A DNA stretch of 46,374 bases, taken from the NCBI GenBank assembly GCA_007124045.1, contig SLFX01000088.1, positions 1 to 46,374 of the forward strand, read 5' to 3'. Source of the stretch: Candidatus Delongbacteria bacterium. Lineage in GTDB: Bacteria > UBA4055. Every line of letters begins with the position of its first letter. Positions within the stretch are counted from its first letter, which is position 1. The position numbers were made by a program, and so were the translations under genes. The notes beneath the pieces were generated by a model. That model saw only the letters and a program-made list of their open reading frames with translations. It was not told where the DNA came from and did not search any database. This document shows, in pieces, positions 36,729-46,374 of the stretch.

Positions 36729-39700
36729 ATGAAACACCTGGTATTTTTAGTAATAATTTCTTCAGTTCTGCTGCATTCGGCCGAAACGATCAGTTTCGAT
36801 CTTAACGACTATGCCTTTTCTGATGATTCTCTCACTGTCACTTATAAAGAAAAAACCTACCGGAGATTTACATTTGACGGATATACGCTTCCGATCATAT
36901 TCAAAGAGACGGGTTTCGAAAACGGTTTTGCTCACGATGTTTCAGTTACCGATTATGACGCAGTGCTGATCAAACCGGATCTTGGAATTGATTATTTTCA
37001 GGGCGACATGGATTTTGGCAGCAAATTTCCTTTAAAACAGATAAATGTGGGAGCAAGGGGAATAAAGCGGAGCGGCGGTTTTTCGGTCCTTGAGATAAGC
37101 CCGTTTTTCATATCCAACGATTCATTATATTTTTCAAGTTCTGTCACGGTGAGCTATTCGATGGCTAAGGAAACTCAAAGCCTGACGGAAACGAAAAGCG
37201 ATTATGAACAGATAGACCTGATAATAATAACCCCGTCAGAGTTCGCTGATACTTTTGAGAGATACTCCGATTTCAAGACTGCTCAGGGTTTTGTTACCAA
37301 AATCAAGACAGTTGAAGAGATCTACGGCCATTATCCGGGAGAGAACGATGTTATAAAAATCAGAAACTACATTCGGGACAAGTATATCACCAACCGTTTG
37401 AAATATGTTATTATCGGGGGAGGATACTCCGTCATACCGACCGGAAAAGCAACAATTTTCAGCGGCGAGAAAAGTGTTTACTCCGATGCATTCTTCGAAC
37501 ATATGCACAGAGATCCGGATGTGAACGGGAACGGCTTGTATTTTGAACATGATGTTTCTGTTGACGACTATCCGGATGTTTATGCGGGAAGGTTTCCCGG
37601 CAACACTAAGGAAGAGATAGCCGCTATAGTAGATAAAACCATAGAGTACTATTCGCCGCACAGAAATTACAGGGAAAACTTCAATACTTCTGCTCTGTTT
37701 CTCGGATTTAATGTTCATGTTTCCAGCGGTGACGGAAGGAGGATGGCAGAGAATTCAAGAGAAGAACTTCCCGCAACATTTACGGCGGATACTCTTTATG
37801 AGAACTCATCCCCCGGATTCGGAAGGAACAGTATAATTTCAGCACTTAACAGCGGTTATAACATAGTTTACAGTCAGTCGCACGGCGATTTACATACCAT
37901 AAGACAGCGCCACAACAATTTTAAAATCTGGAGTGACGATATTCTGTCGCTCACATCCGTTTCCGGACTATATTTGATAGGTTCCTGTCAGACAGGAAGC
38001 ATATCGGCAGACAGTTTTGCCAGAAAGGCCATGATAAATCGTTACGGCGGCTGTGTGACATATATCGGTAGCAGTGACGACGAATATACTACAACAGCCA
38101 ATAATTTTAATGCGTATTTTTTCAGAGAACTGAGAAGCGGAAAGAGCTACGGCGAAAGTCTGGCGGACGCCAGAATTATTTTAGGAAATATAAGTAGTTC
38201 AACAAACTCTGCACCATGGCAGAACAGATATCTCGCATATACATACTCTCTTCAGGGAGATCCTTCCAACAGGCCGTTTTTTTATGAACCTGAAGATATA
38301 AGCATAACATCTATTGATCCTTTCATCAAGGGTAACGGCACCGTTCTTGGAAGTCTGTCCTCCGCGCCTCAGGACACTCTTTTCATAACTGCGGTATCTG
38401 AAGGCAGGATACTGGGAAATACCAGCACTGTAACAGATTCTTTTGTTCTTGAATATCAAAACCTTACAGCGGACAGCGTTTCCGTTTATCACCATTCACA
38501 GGGATCTTTTCTGAAAAGGGATAGATTCGCCGGCATTTCGCCTCAAAATCTCGCTTTCGAGATAAGTAATCTAAGACCTTTATCAGATAATGCTTCCGGT
38601 ATAGTTACACACGGTCAGAATTTCAGCATTAGAATTGATTTCGAGACATTGTCCGAAGGTTCTGAAGACAGCCTGAAAGCCGTGATCAGCTCGATAGACA
38701 ACAGCGGTGTTTCAGTAACATCCGGTGAAACTGTCTTTAAAATCCCGCCCGGTAACGAAAAAGAGAGTATTGACCTTTTTGATCTCTCATTCTCTTCATC
38801 CGACATTAACGCCCGTGACTCTCTGGCCGTTGTCAGCTTTGTAATAAAGAACATGGATGATATTTCTCTGTTTTCTGGCAGTGTTCATGTACCTGTTTCG
38901 GTTCCCCGTCTCGATCTTCAGTCTTACAATGTTTCTGTTCATATTCACAAAAGTGCCGTATACAGCATAAACCCTCAGTTCGTCAATACATCGAAAGGTC
39001 CGATCGCCACGGCAGGGATCAGCTTTTTTAAAGTGACGGGAGATTCACTCGAACCTGCCGGAGTGAAAATTCTAAAAAACATCGCCGGATCCGCAGCCGT
39101 AAATGATTCGGTAAGTTTTAACATCGATCGTTCAAAGGAATATTTGATGAAAGTCCTTATAGACGGAGAAAGAGAGTATGTTTTTGACGGAATAAAGTTC
39201 GTTAATGATACCGGCAGCATAACTCTTTTTGCGGACCATTCTCCCGGAAAGATAAATCTGGAGTGGATCAATTCCTATGGAAAAGCGGCCGGTTACAATG
39301 TATATTCATCTCCTACGCAGCAATTCACTAATTCATCGAGGATGAATTTCAGTATTCTGCTTTCAGAAAATTTTTCTTTTTCGTATAATTCGGACAGTGC
39401 AGTCTGGCTAAGAATCGGGGCGGTTGATGCTTCAGGTTACGAATTTGCCCTTTCACAGCCTGTTAAGATTAAGCCTGTACCTCTATATCTCGACGGTATT
39501 TTTAAGGTCTCGCCGTTCGAGGTGTATAATCCAACCGTTATAGGAGACAGACTCATATTCAACTCCAGAAATTCAAGCGTTGCCGGGCTTTACTCGAACG
39601 GCGATCCTGTTAACGGCACGGGCATCATTCATCAGGCTGATGTTATTGGTTTAACGGGAACCTCACTTCAGCAGGGATATGCGATAGGCGATGTTACGGG

Positions 39701-41009
39701 TGACGGCAATCTTGAAATGGTCAATTACCACTTTGTAATGGGAGACAGCGTTCTGGTAAAGGTGGTAAGCCTCGATACCGGAGCGCTGCTGGCAAAAAGG
39801 AATATTTACGGCAGAATTATGGAGAATGCTCCCGTTCTTGCAGATCATGACGGAGATGGCAGGATGGAGATCTTTATTTCTGCATTTAACGGCAATATTT
39901 CAGGAACTCCCAGAGGGAGTTTTGTTTATATGCTCAGGTACAAGGATGGAGAACTGGAGCATGGAGCAAATTATCCGGCATTTTCGAACAGGGACTCATA
40001 TTTTATTCATTCTCCTTCTCTTATCGATCTGAATGGTGATTCAGAAAAAGAGCTTATCTTCAATTCGGGAAGGTGGATCATTGTAAGGGATGCGCTCTCC
40101 AATAGTCTTATTACCGAACAAGATCTTGGAAAAACTATAGGAACCTCACTTTCATTCTGCGATCTTGAAGATGACGGTAAACCGGATGTATTTGCCATTA
40201 CCGACAGCTACGGTTCATACGGAAAACTATACAGATTTGAAATGAACGGATCGGATCTGACCGACAAAACATCTGGCGGAATAAATATTGACATGAAACC
40301 CTACGATTTTTATGACCTGACACCGCCTGTAAATTTTGCCGATATAAATGGTGACGGCAACGCCGAAATAATAGTCCTGACTGCCTCAAAGCTGTACATT
40401 TTCAATAATGATTTTTCCAATTACCCGAATTTTCCTGTAACACTCGATCCCAGAATAACCAAAAATAATATGTCCGCTCCGTCAATGGCGGATTTTGACG
40501 GCGACGGCGTTCTAGATATTCTTTTCATGGATGCGAATTTCCGGGTATGGTGCTATTCCGGAGCCACCGGAAAACCGCTTGAGGGATTCCCGATAAAGAT
40601 CGATAATATTAACAGGCAGGAGATGACGGCAATAACCGTAGCTGATCTGGACGGCGACGGTACTCTTGAGTTCGCTATAGGACTGGATGACGGCTATGTT
40701 ATAATATATGACTATCCAAAACAGACATCTTCAAGAGGAATATTTGATAAATACAGGGCGGATATGCACAACAGCGGTATTTTCTATCCCTTCAAACTGC
40801 CAAGTCCGGCGGGAGTAAGCCTTTCTGCGTCAGGCGGATCGGTTCATATATCATGGGACAGTGTTGATGGGGCATCGTCATACAGAGTTTATTCTTCTGC
40901 CGATCCGTATTCGGGATTTGAATTTTTGACCGAAACAGAAAATGAATTCTATACAGTTCCCGATATTACGGAGGACAGAAGATTTTTTTATATTAAAGCA
41001 GTGAGGTAA
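36729..41009 (+). CDS. Secreted C25 (gingipain-family) cysteine peptidase with FG-GAP/VCBS repeats and C-terminal FN3-like module
   Basis: Signal peptide, IIITP, IRNYIR, GRFP, catalytic SHG and SC, LQGDP, and DxxGDG repeats. Confidence 0.88.
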   Translation: MKHLVFLVIISSVLLHSAETISFDLNDYAFSDDSLTVTYKEKTYRRFTFDGYTLPIIFKETGFENGFAHDVSVTDYDAVLIKPDLGIDYFQGDMDFGSKFPLKQINVGARGIKRSGGFSVLEISPFFISNDSLYFSSSVTVSYSMAKETQSLTETKSDYEQIDLIIITPSEFADTFERYSDFKTAQGFVTKIKTVEEIYGHYPGENDVIKIRNYIRDKYITNRLKYVIIGGGYSVIPTGKATIFSGEKSVYSDAFFEHMHRDPDVNGNGLYFEHDVSVDDYPDVYAGRFPGNTKEEIAAIVDKTIEYYSPHRNYRENFNTSALFLGFNVHVSSGDGRRMAENSREELPATFTADTLYENSSPGFGRNSIISALNSGYNIVYSQSHGDLHTIRQRHNNFKIWSDDILSLTSVSGLYLIGSCQTGSISADSFARKAMINRYGGCVTYIGSSDDEYTTTANNFNAYFFRELRSGKSYGESLADARIILGNISSSTNSAPWQNRYLAYTYSLQGDPSNRPFFYEPEDISITSIDPFIKGNGTVLGSLSSAPQDTLFITAVSEGRILGNTSTVTDSFVLEYQNLTADSVSVYHHSQGSFLKRDRFAGISPQNLAFEISNLRPLSDNASGIVTHGQNFSIRIDFETLSEGSEDSLKAVISSIDNSGVSVTSGETVFKIPPGNEKESIDLFDLSFSSSDINARDSLAVVSFVIKNMDDISLFSGSVHVPVSVPRLDLQSYNVSVHIHKSAVYSINPQFVNTSKGPIATAGISFFKVTGDSLEPAGVKILKNIAGSAAVNDSVSFNIDRSKEYLMKVLIDGEREYVFDGIKFVNDTGSITLFADHSPGKINLEWINSYGKAAGYNVYSSPTQQFTNSSRMNFSILLSENFSFSYNSDSAVWLRIGAVDASGYEFALSQPVKIKPVPLYLDGIFKVSPFEVYNPTVIGDRLIFNSRNSSVAGLYSNGDPVNGTGIIHQADVIGLTGTSLQQGYAIGDVTGDGNLEMVNYHFVMGDSVLVKVVSLDTGALLAKRNIYGRIMENAPVLADHDGDGRMEIFISAFNGNISGTPRGSFVYMLRYKDGELEHGANYPAFSNRDSYFIHSPSLIDLNGDSEKELIFNSGRWIIVRDALSNSLITEQDLGKTIGTSLSFCDLEDDGKPDVFAITDSYGSYGKLYRFEMNGSDLTDKTSGGINIDMKPYDFYDLTPPVNFADINGDGNAEIIVLTASKLYIFNNDFSNYPNFPVTLDPRITKNNMSAPSMADFDGDGVLDILFMDANFRVWCYSGATGKPLEGFPIKIDNINRQEMTAITVADLDGDGTLEFAIGLDDGYVIIYDYPKQTSSRGIFDKYRADMHNSGIFYPFKLPSPAGVSLSASGGSVHISWDSVDGASSYRVYSSADPYSGFEFLTETENEFYTVPDITEDRRFFYIKAVR

Positions 41010-41015
41010 GTTCAG

Positions 41016-42266
41016 ATGCGTAATATTTTATTTTCGATATTGATTATATTTTCATTTGTCAGGGCAGATGACATACTTATACCCATGGATCACAGTCAGA
41101 ACGATCATCTGAAAGCATACGGCATAGCATACTGGGCTGTTCAGAACGGGGCCAGAGTAGAATGGTTTTTGAACTACAGAGGCGGATCATTCCTCATAGA
41201 AGGTTATGAAAATGTGGTAAGGATGTGCCTGAAAAGAGGAGTATCCTACGAATTGATAAGCCCAATGGAATATGCGTCAATTCTGAATGAAATAGAGCAT
41301 TCTAACATGGATGCTGTTCTACTCGAAAAAGCACCGACTATCGCTGTATATACTCCTCCATATACCCAGCCGTGGGATGATGCGGTAACTCTTGCCCTTA
41401 CATACGCAGAGATACCTTACGACACAATATACGACAGAGAGATACTTCAGGGAGCTCTTTCAGAATATGACTGGCTCCATCTTCATCATGAGGATTTTAC
41501 AGGTCAGTACGGGAAATTCTATGCGGCTTATTCAAATGCCGAATGGTATATAGAACAGGTAAGAACCCAGGAGAGACAGGCCCGCGATCTCGGTTTTTCA
41601 AAAGTTTCAAAACTCAAGCTGGCTGTCGTGCTGAGGATAAAACAGTATATGCTCAACGGCGGTTTCCTTTTCGCGATGTGCAGTGCTACGGATACCTTTG
41701 ACATAGCTCTTGCCGCTGCCGAAACAGACATTTGCGCCCCGATGTTCGATGGCGACCCTGCAGATCCTGACGCACAGAGCAAACTTGATTTCAGCCGTTG
41801 TATTGCCTTTCAGGATTTTACACTTGAAATGAATCCCATGATCTATGAGTATTCGGACATAGATATGACTGACTATATCAACAGAAATATTGATGAGAGA
41901 CATGACTATTTCACTCTTTTCGATTTTTCCGCAAAATTCGATCCTATTCCGGCCATACTGACCCAGAATCACACAAGAGTAGTCAAGGGTTTTTTTGGAC
42001 AGACAACAGCATTCAGAAGATCACTGATAAAACCTGAAGTGGTCATTATGGGAGATGTTCAGGGGACGGAAATAGTTAAATACATTTACGGTACGGTGGG
42101 AGAAGGATTCTTTACTTTTTACGGGGGACATGATCCTGAGGATTACAAACATTTTGTTAATGACCCGCCGACAGAGCTTGAGATGTACAAAAACTCGCCG
42201 GGATACAGACTTATCCTGAACAATATACTTTTCCCCGCCACTAATAAGCAGAAGCAGAAGACTTAA
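41016..42266 (+). CDS. Conserved exported protein, class I glutamine-amidotransferase-like (often mislabelled asparagine synthetase B)
   Basis: Signal peptide, HLKAYG, PWDDAV, WLHLHHEDFTGQYGKF, FAMCSATD and GGHDPED. Confidence 0.75.
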   Translation: MRNILFSILIIFSFVRADDILIPMDHSQNDHLKAYGIAYWAVQNGARVEWFLNYRGGSFLIEGYENVVRMCLKRGVSYELISPMEYASILNEIEHSNMDAVLLEKAPTIAVYTPPYTQPWDDAVTLALTYAEIPYDTIYDREILQGALSEYDWLHLHHEDFTGQYGKFYAAYSNAEWYIEQVRTQERQARDLGFSKVSKLKLAVVLRIKQYMLNGGFLFAMCSATDTFDIALAAAETDICAPMFDGDPADPDAQSKLDFSRCIAFQDFTLEMNPMIYEYSDIDMTDYINRNIDERHDYFTLFDFSAKFDPIPAILTQNHTRVVKGFFGQTTAFRRSLIKPEVVIMGDVQGTEIVKYIYGTVGEGFFTFYGGHDPEDYKHFVNDPPTELEMYKNSPGYRLILNNILFPATNKQKQKT

Positions 42267-42281
42267 ACACTTTCAGGCATT

Positions 42282-43430
42282 TTACTTGAGCATCTCGCTG
42301 CCTTCAAACTGTCTGTACAGGCTGAGCTGATCGAGTATAAAATTATATTTGTCCGTTTTCAGATCAAGTATCTCGGAGATTATCTTGCCCAGTCCGGGGC
42401 CGAGCATGAATCCCTGTCCGCACATTCCGACAGCGAGGAACATATTCTTTACATCCTTCGGCCACCCGACTATCGGGAAACCGTCGGGCGTCATGGGATA
42501 AAGACCTCTCCAGGTCCTTCTGATCCTGACATTCTTGAGCCTGGGATGAAGTTTAATCATTCTTCTTGAGATCAGCGGAAGGAATTCTGATGTCGAATCG
42601 TAATCTTTTCCCATTATCTTTGGTTCGGGGGTTACGCAGAAAATAATCTGTCCGCCCTCGTTCTGATAGTAGTAGAAATTCGCGCTTTGCGCATCGCTCC
42701 TCAGGTCAACGACCATCGGCCTGAAGAATTTCTTCACCGGTTCGGTCACGCCGGCCTCGTGAGAATCCGGAAAAACAGGGAGGTCAAGACCGCACATCGA
42801 ACCGATCTCCCGGGCGTTCCCGCCGGCGGCATTAACGATAACATCTGCGGATATCTCTCTTTTGCCGGTTTTAACAGAACTTATTTTTCCGTCACTGATC
42901 TCAAAACCGGTAACTTCCTCGTCAAAGTAAAATGTCGTGCCCGCTTTAAGCGAGAGCTTGTAGTATGCGCCGGCGGTCTTAAGAGGTGAAGCCGAGCCGT
43001 CATGCGGGGAATATGTCCCGCCGAGAAGTCCGTCAGGATTGATCCCGGGTACGAGCTGTCTTATTTTCTCCGGGCTTACCCACTCTATATCAAGGCCGTA
43101 GCTTTTTTGTTTTACAAGAAGCTCTTTGAGAGCTATTTCTTTTTCCTGTTCGTAAACGGGGTAGAGGTAGCCGCCGTCAGTCCAGTCAACATAAAGCCCG
43201 TGACCGGCTTCCATGTCCCTTATAAGCTCAATGCTCATCTGGCATATCTTTATCTTTGCCGGATCAGAATGGGTGGCTCTTATTCCCCCGATAGCGGATC
43301 TGTTATCTCCTCTGCCGTATGAATGGTTCATATCAATGACAGCTACATCCTGTCCTCTCATTGAAAGGTAGTAGCTTAACGGGAGGCCGACGCTTCCGGC
43401 GCCTATAATTATGGTGTCGAAATGTTTCAT
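42282..43430 (-). CDS. FAD-dependent oxidoreductase, sarcosine oxidase beta / L-proline dehydrogenase beta-like
   Basis: IIIGAGSVG, SAIGGIR, RTWRGLYPMTPDGFPIVG and GQGFMLGP. Confidence 0.88.
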   Translation of the reverse strand: MKHFDTIIIGAGSVGLPLSYYLSMRGQDVAVIDMNHSYGRGDNRSAIGGIRATHSDPAKIKICQMSIELIRDMEAGHGLYVDWTDGGYLYPVYEQEKEIALKELLVKQKSYGLDIEWVSPEKIRQLVPGINPDGLLGGTYSPHDGSASPLKTAGAYYKLSLKAGTTFYFDEEVTGFEISDGKISSVKTGKREISADVIVNAAGGNAREIGSMCGLDLPVFPDSHEAGVTEPVKKFFRPMVVDLRSDAQSANFYYYQNEGGQIIFCVTPEPKIMGKDYDSTSEFLPLISRRMIKLHPRLKNVRIRRTWRGLYPMTPDGFPIVGWPKDVKNMFLAVGMCGQGFMLGPGLGKIISEILDLKTDKYNFILDQLSLYRQFEGSEMLK

Positions 43431-43433
43431 TTA

Positions 43434-45497
43434 CTATTTTTCTCCGTCAATTAATGCGTTCATGGGAACTTCCACCTCGACCGGTCTTACGGTACCCCGG
43501 GATACTTCACTAAAGTCAACTCCGGCCTGTCTGAATATTCCCGGAAGCAGCACAGAGCAGGTTTTTGATCCGCAGGCGCCCATTCCCACTCTTATCTGTT
43601 TGAGCTGATTAACATCCCTGACCCTGAACTCTTTTATAAAATCGACAACTTCCTTTACATTGACCCTTTCGCAGCGGCAGACAATCGCATCGTCGGGAAG
43701 ATATGTATGTATGGTTTCATGAAACGGTTCAGTAACGGACCTGTCCTGCATCCTTATACCTATCGCTTTTGCGGCGTTTTTAACAGACATTTTTACCGTA
43801 ACCAGATGAGTTCTGTATTTTTTAACCAGCCTGATGTGAAGCACTTCCGCTTTTTCGAGAAAATTTCCGTCAATATCGGTCAGTTCGATCGTATCGCCCG
43901 GAACAAAATCGAGAATATATTCATGAGGTAGGATCACTTCCGCAGTATTGTCGTCAATTTTTCTGGCCAGAGATACGGCAAGGCCGGGACATACGGCTAC
44001 ACAGAGTCCGCAGTTTATGCAGGCGTCAACTGTATATTTCGGGATGTCGAGAATGTTCTTTAGTTCTCCTTCAAGCGAGATGCAGTTTTTCGGACAGACG
44101 GTTGTACATGGATTGCACGGTATTTCCTCTATGCACTTCAGGATAGGGATAAATTCGCTTTTAAGCTCTATATTCTCCTCGTTAAACACCTTTCCGGGTT
44201 TCGATTTTAATATGTCGGCCTTTTCGTAGAAGGCGGGGTCTATTTCTATATCCTTTCCGAGCATTTTAGCCATTTTGAGACCGGCGATCCTGCCTCCGAA
44301 CATGGCCGAACTGGCTTCAGCTATCTCATCGGCATCACCTGTTTTAACTGCTTTAAAACCAAAGTCCACAGCCTGGTCATAAAATTCGTCCACCGGAGTC
44401 AGTCCAGCAGCTATAAGAAGAGTGTCTGTTTGGTATGTTTTTGCCGTGCTGAGTATGGGGTTCCATTTTTCATCAACCTGAGCCACGGTGACTTTTTCGA
44501 GCTTCCCGTGACCGTAAGCGGCGAGAACGGTGGTCTTTAAATGGATCGGAACGCCCATTCTCTTTATTTTGTCGGCGTGCACTTTGTAGCCGGAAACCTT
44601 GTCCATGATGTCAATGATCCCGACGGCTCCAATACCCGCCTGCAGTGCGTGATACGCGGCGATGAGGCCGACGTTTCCGCTCCCGACGATAAATACCTTG
44701 TCGGACGATTTTACAAGATCCCTGTTTACCAGAGTCTGGAACGCGCCCGCTCCGTAAACTCCGGGAAGGTCGTTTCCGGGGAATACAAGGCTTTTTTCCC
44801 TCGCTCCCGATGAGACTACAAGTCCTTCAAAGTCGATCAGAGAATATTTGCCGTTATTTTTATAAACGCCGGCTTTTTTATCTTTAAAAATACCTACCAC
44901 GCTCGACTCGTAAAGAACGGTCACATTGTTCTTTTCCCTGATCTCTTTTTCAAGTATTTCGGCGATCTCGTATCCTCTTGTTCCCGCGTAGCTGTCCTCC
45001 TGAGATCCGAAAAATTTATGGGTCTGGAGCAGGAGTTTTCCGCCAAGCCTGTCCTTGTCCTCGACGATCACGACTCTTAAACCGAGATTAGCCAACTCCA
45101 AAGCTGAAGTTAGTCCAGAAGGGCCTCCGCCGATAACGAGCGCATCGGTTTTCAGTTCTTCGATATTCTGGTCAAACTGCGCATCGTCATCATGCGGGAG
45201 TTCGGGTATGTGATGCAGAGTGCGGATGTCCATTCCCTCCTTAAGAGGTGTCACGCAGGATTTCAGCGGCATGCCGTCTATTATCACAGTACACTGCGAA
45301 CACTGGCCGTTGGCGCAGAAAATGCCCTGAGGGGCATCGTCTTTTGTGTGTATGGAGAATTTTTTTATACCGTTGGCGAAGAGGGCGGAACTGACCGGTT
45401 CATTCTCAATTCCTGTCAGGTTCATTCCGTCAAAAACAAAAGCGGCCTCCCTGCCTGTCTTCACTTCGAGAACGGGGTGCTTGTCTATTCTGTTCAT
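43434..45497 (-). CDS. Sarcosine oxidase/proline dehydrogenase alpha-like flavoprotein with 2Fe-2S, 2x4Fe-4S and BFD-like domains
   Basis: CANGQCSQC, GGGPSG, GSGNVG, CNPCTTVCP/CINCGLCVAVCP and CRCE...GMGACGSKTC. Confidence 0.88.
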   Translation of the reverse strand: MNRIDKHPVLEVKTGREAAFVFDGMNLTGIENEPVSSALFANGIKKFSIHTKDDAPQGIFCANGQCSQCTVIIDGMPLKSCVTPLKEGMDIRTLHHIPELPHDDDAQFDQNIEELKTDALVIGGGPSGLTSALELANLGLRVVIVEDKDRLGGKLLLQTHKFFGSQEDSYAGTRGYEIAEILEKEIREKNNVTVLYESSVVGIFKDKKAGVYKNNGKYSLIDFEGLVVSSGAREKSLVFPGNDLPGVYGAGAFQTLVNRDLVKSSDKVFIVGSGNVGLIAAYHALQAGIGAVGIIDIMDKVSGYKVHADKIKRMGVPIHLKTTVLAAYGHGKLEKVTVAQVDEKWNPILSTAKTYQTDTLLIAAGLTPVDEFYDQAVDFGFKAVKTGDADEIAEASSAMFGGRIAGLKMAKMLGKDIEIDPAFYEKADILKSKPGKVFNEENIELKSEFIPILKCIEEIPCNPCTTVCPKNCISLEGELKNILDIPKYTVDACINCGLCVAVCPGLAVSLARKIDDNTAEVILPHEYILDFVPGDTIELTDIDGNFLEKAEVLHIRLVKKYRTHLVTVKMSVKNAAKAIGIRMQDRSVTEPFHETIHTYLPDDAIVCRCERVNVKEVVDFIKEFRVRDVNQLKQIRVGMGACGSKTCSVLLPGIFRQAGVDFSEVSRGTVRPVEVEVPMNALIDGEK

Positions 45498-45531
45498 TCA
45501 ATGTGTCCCAAAAACTGTATTTTATTGTTAA

Positions 45532-46374
45532 TTAATCGTAAAGCGGGTATCTTGTGCTCAGTTCAATAACTTCTTTTTTGACCTGTGCAAGAAGGTCAAC
45601 GTTCTTGTGATCCGCTGCGACTCTTGCGATCATGTTCGCTATAGTTCTCATATCGTCTGTCGTGAATCCCTTGGTTGTAGCAGCGGGAGTTCCGAGTCTT
45701 ACGCCTGAAGTGATCATTGGTTTTCTCTTATCAAAAGGAACCATATTCTTATTGGTTGTTATTCCGGCTTTTTCAAGAGCTTTTTCTAACCCTTTACCTG
45801 AAACCTCCTTGTCTGACAGATCGAGAAGTACTATATGATTGTCCGTCCCGCCGGAAACGACCTTGAAACCGAGTTTAATCAGTTCGTCAGCAAGAGCCTG
45901 TGCGTTGTCGAGCACTCTCTGCTGATAGTCTTTGAAAGAAGGCTCGAGAGCTTCTTTGAAAGACACCGCTTTTGAAGCTATAACATGCTCGAGTGGTCCG
46001 CCCTGAATACCGGGGAATATCACGAAATCAAGAGCTTCGGTAAGTGTCTTCGGAGAAGGCATATTCTTGAGAAGTATCTCTCCGCCTTCAAAATCGGAAA
46101 GGATCATTCCGCCTCTGGGACCTCTTAGAGTTTTGTGTGTCGTGGTAGTAACAACATGAGAGTAGGGAATAGGTGAAGGATGCAGTCCTGCAGCGACCAG
46201 ACCGGCTATATGGGCCATATCAGTTACAAGCCATGCACCGACCTTGTCCGCGATCTCTCTAAATCTCTTGAAGTCTATAAATCTGGGGTATGCCGAAGCT
46301 CCCGCAACTATTATCTTCGGTTTGCATTCAACCGCAAGTCTTTCCAGCTCGTCATAATCAATAAATCCGTCTTC
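45532..46374 (-). CDS. glyA: Serine hydroxymethyltransferase (5'-truncated by window edge)
   Basis: [41 protein letters not shown] and SGVRLGTPA. Frame is open to the window end. Confidence 0.97.
   Translation of the reverse strand, partial: EDGFIDYDELERLAVECKPKIIVAGASAYPRFIDFKRFREIADKVGAWLVTDMAHIAGLVAAGLHPSPIPYSHVVTTTTHKTLRGPRGGMILSDFEGGEILLKNMPSPKTLTEALDFVIFPGIQGGPLEHVIASKAVSFKEALEPSFKDYQQRVLDNAQALADELIKLGFKVVSGGTDNHIVLLDLSDKEVSGKGLEKALEKAGITTNKNMVPFDKRKPMITSGVRLGTPAATTKGFTTDDMRTIANMIARVAADHKNVDLLAQVKKEVIELSTRYPLYD

Overview
Bacterial chromosomal window, probably from an anaerobic diderm FCB-group lineage such as Delongbacteria or Cloacimonadota (inferred from the gene repertoire, not proven). 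The left arm is core genome: secA 3' end, topA, a ParA-family ATPase heading a divergent pilM/N/O/P/Q-like secretin operon, a UshA-like lipoprotein, gcvPB, exonuclease-DinG, a stand-alone mraY, an AEC transporter and an isoaspartyl peptidase/asparaginase. The right arm is also core: an outer-membrane protein, a GlmL-family fusion, a MoxR/DUF58/Bat operon, miaB, lapA-like, nadB, a C25 peptidase, a sarcosine/proline-dehydrogenase-like alpha/beta pair and partial glyA. Between them (about 17.0-25.4 kb) is an accessory island. It starts with an ATP-cone/Mrr-like nuclease gene translationally coupled to an HTH-WYL-WCX regulator. Four copies of an unannotated element follow: AT tract, CGCCRTTATGTGGC, exactly 13 nt, then TAWATT. 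Each copy sits in front of a different cargo unit (DUF1643-like plus M28 peptidase, two hypotheticals, and a VWA relic). This looks like a self-contained WYL regulon whose palindrome replaces the -35 box, analogous to DriD/PafBC. The island is interleaved with toxin-antitoxin modules (XRE-Panacea/MazF; small protein/nucleotidyltransferase/Doc) that appear to carry in-frame chimeric antitoxin tails, plus several deletion relics. No rRNA, tRNA, CRISPR array, integrase or transposase was recognised.
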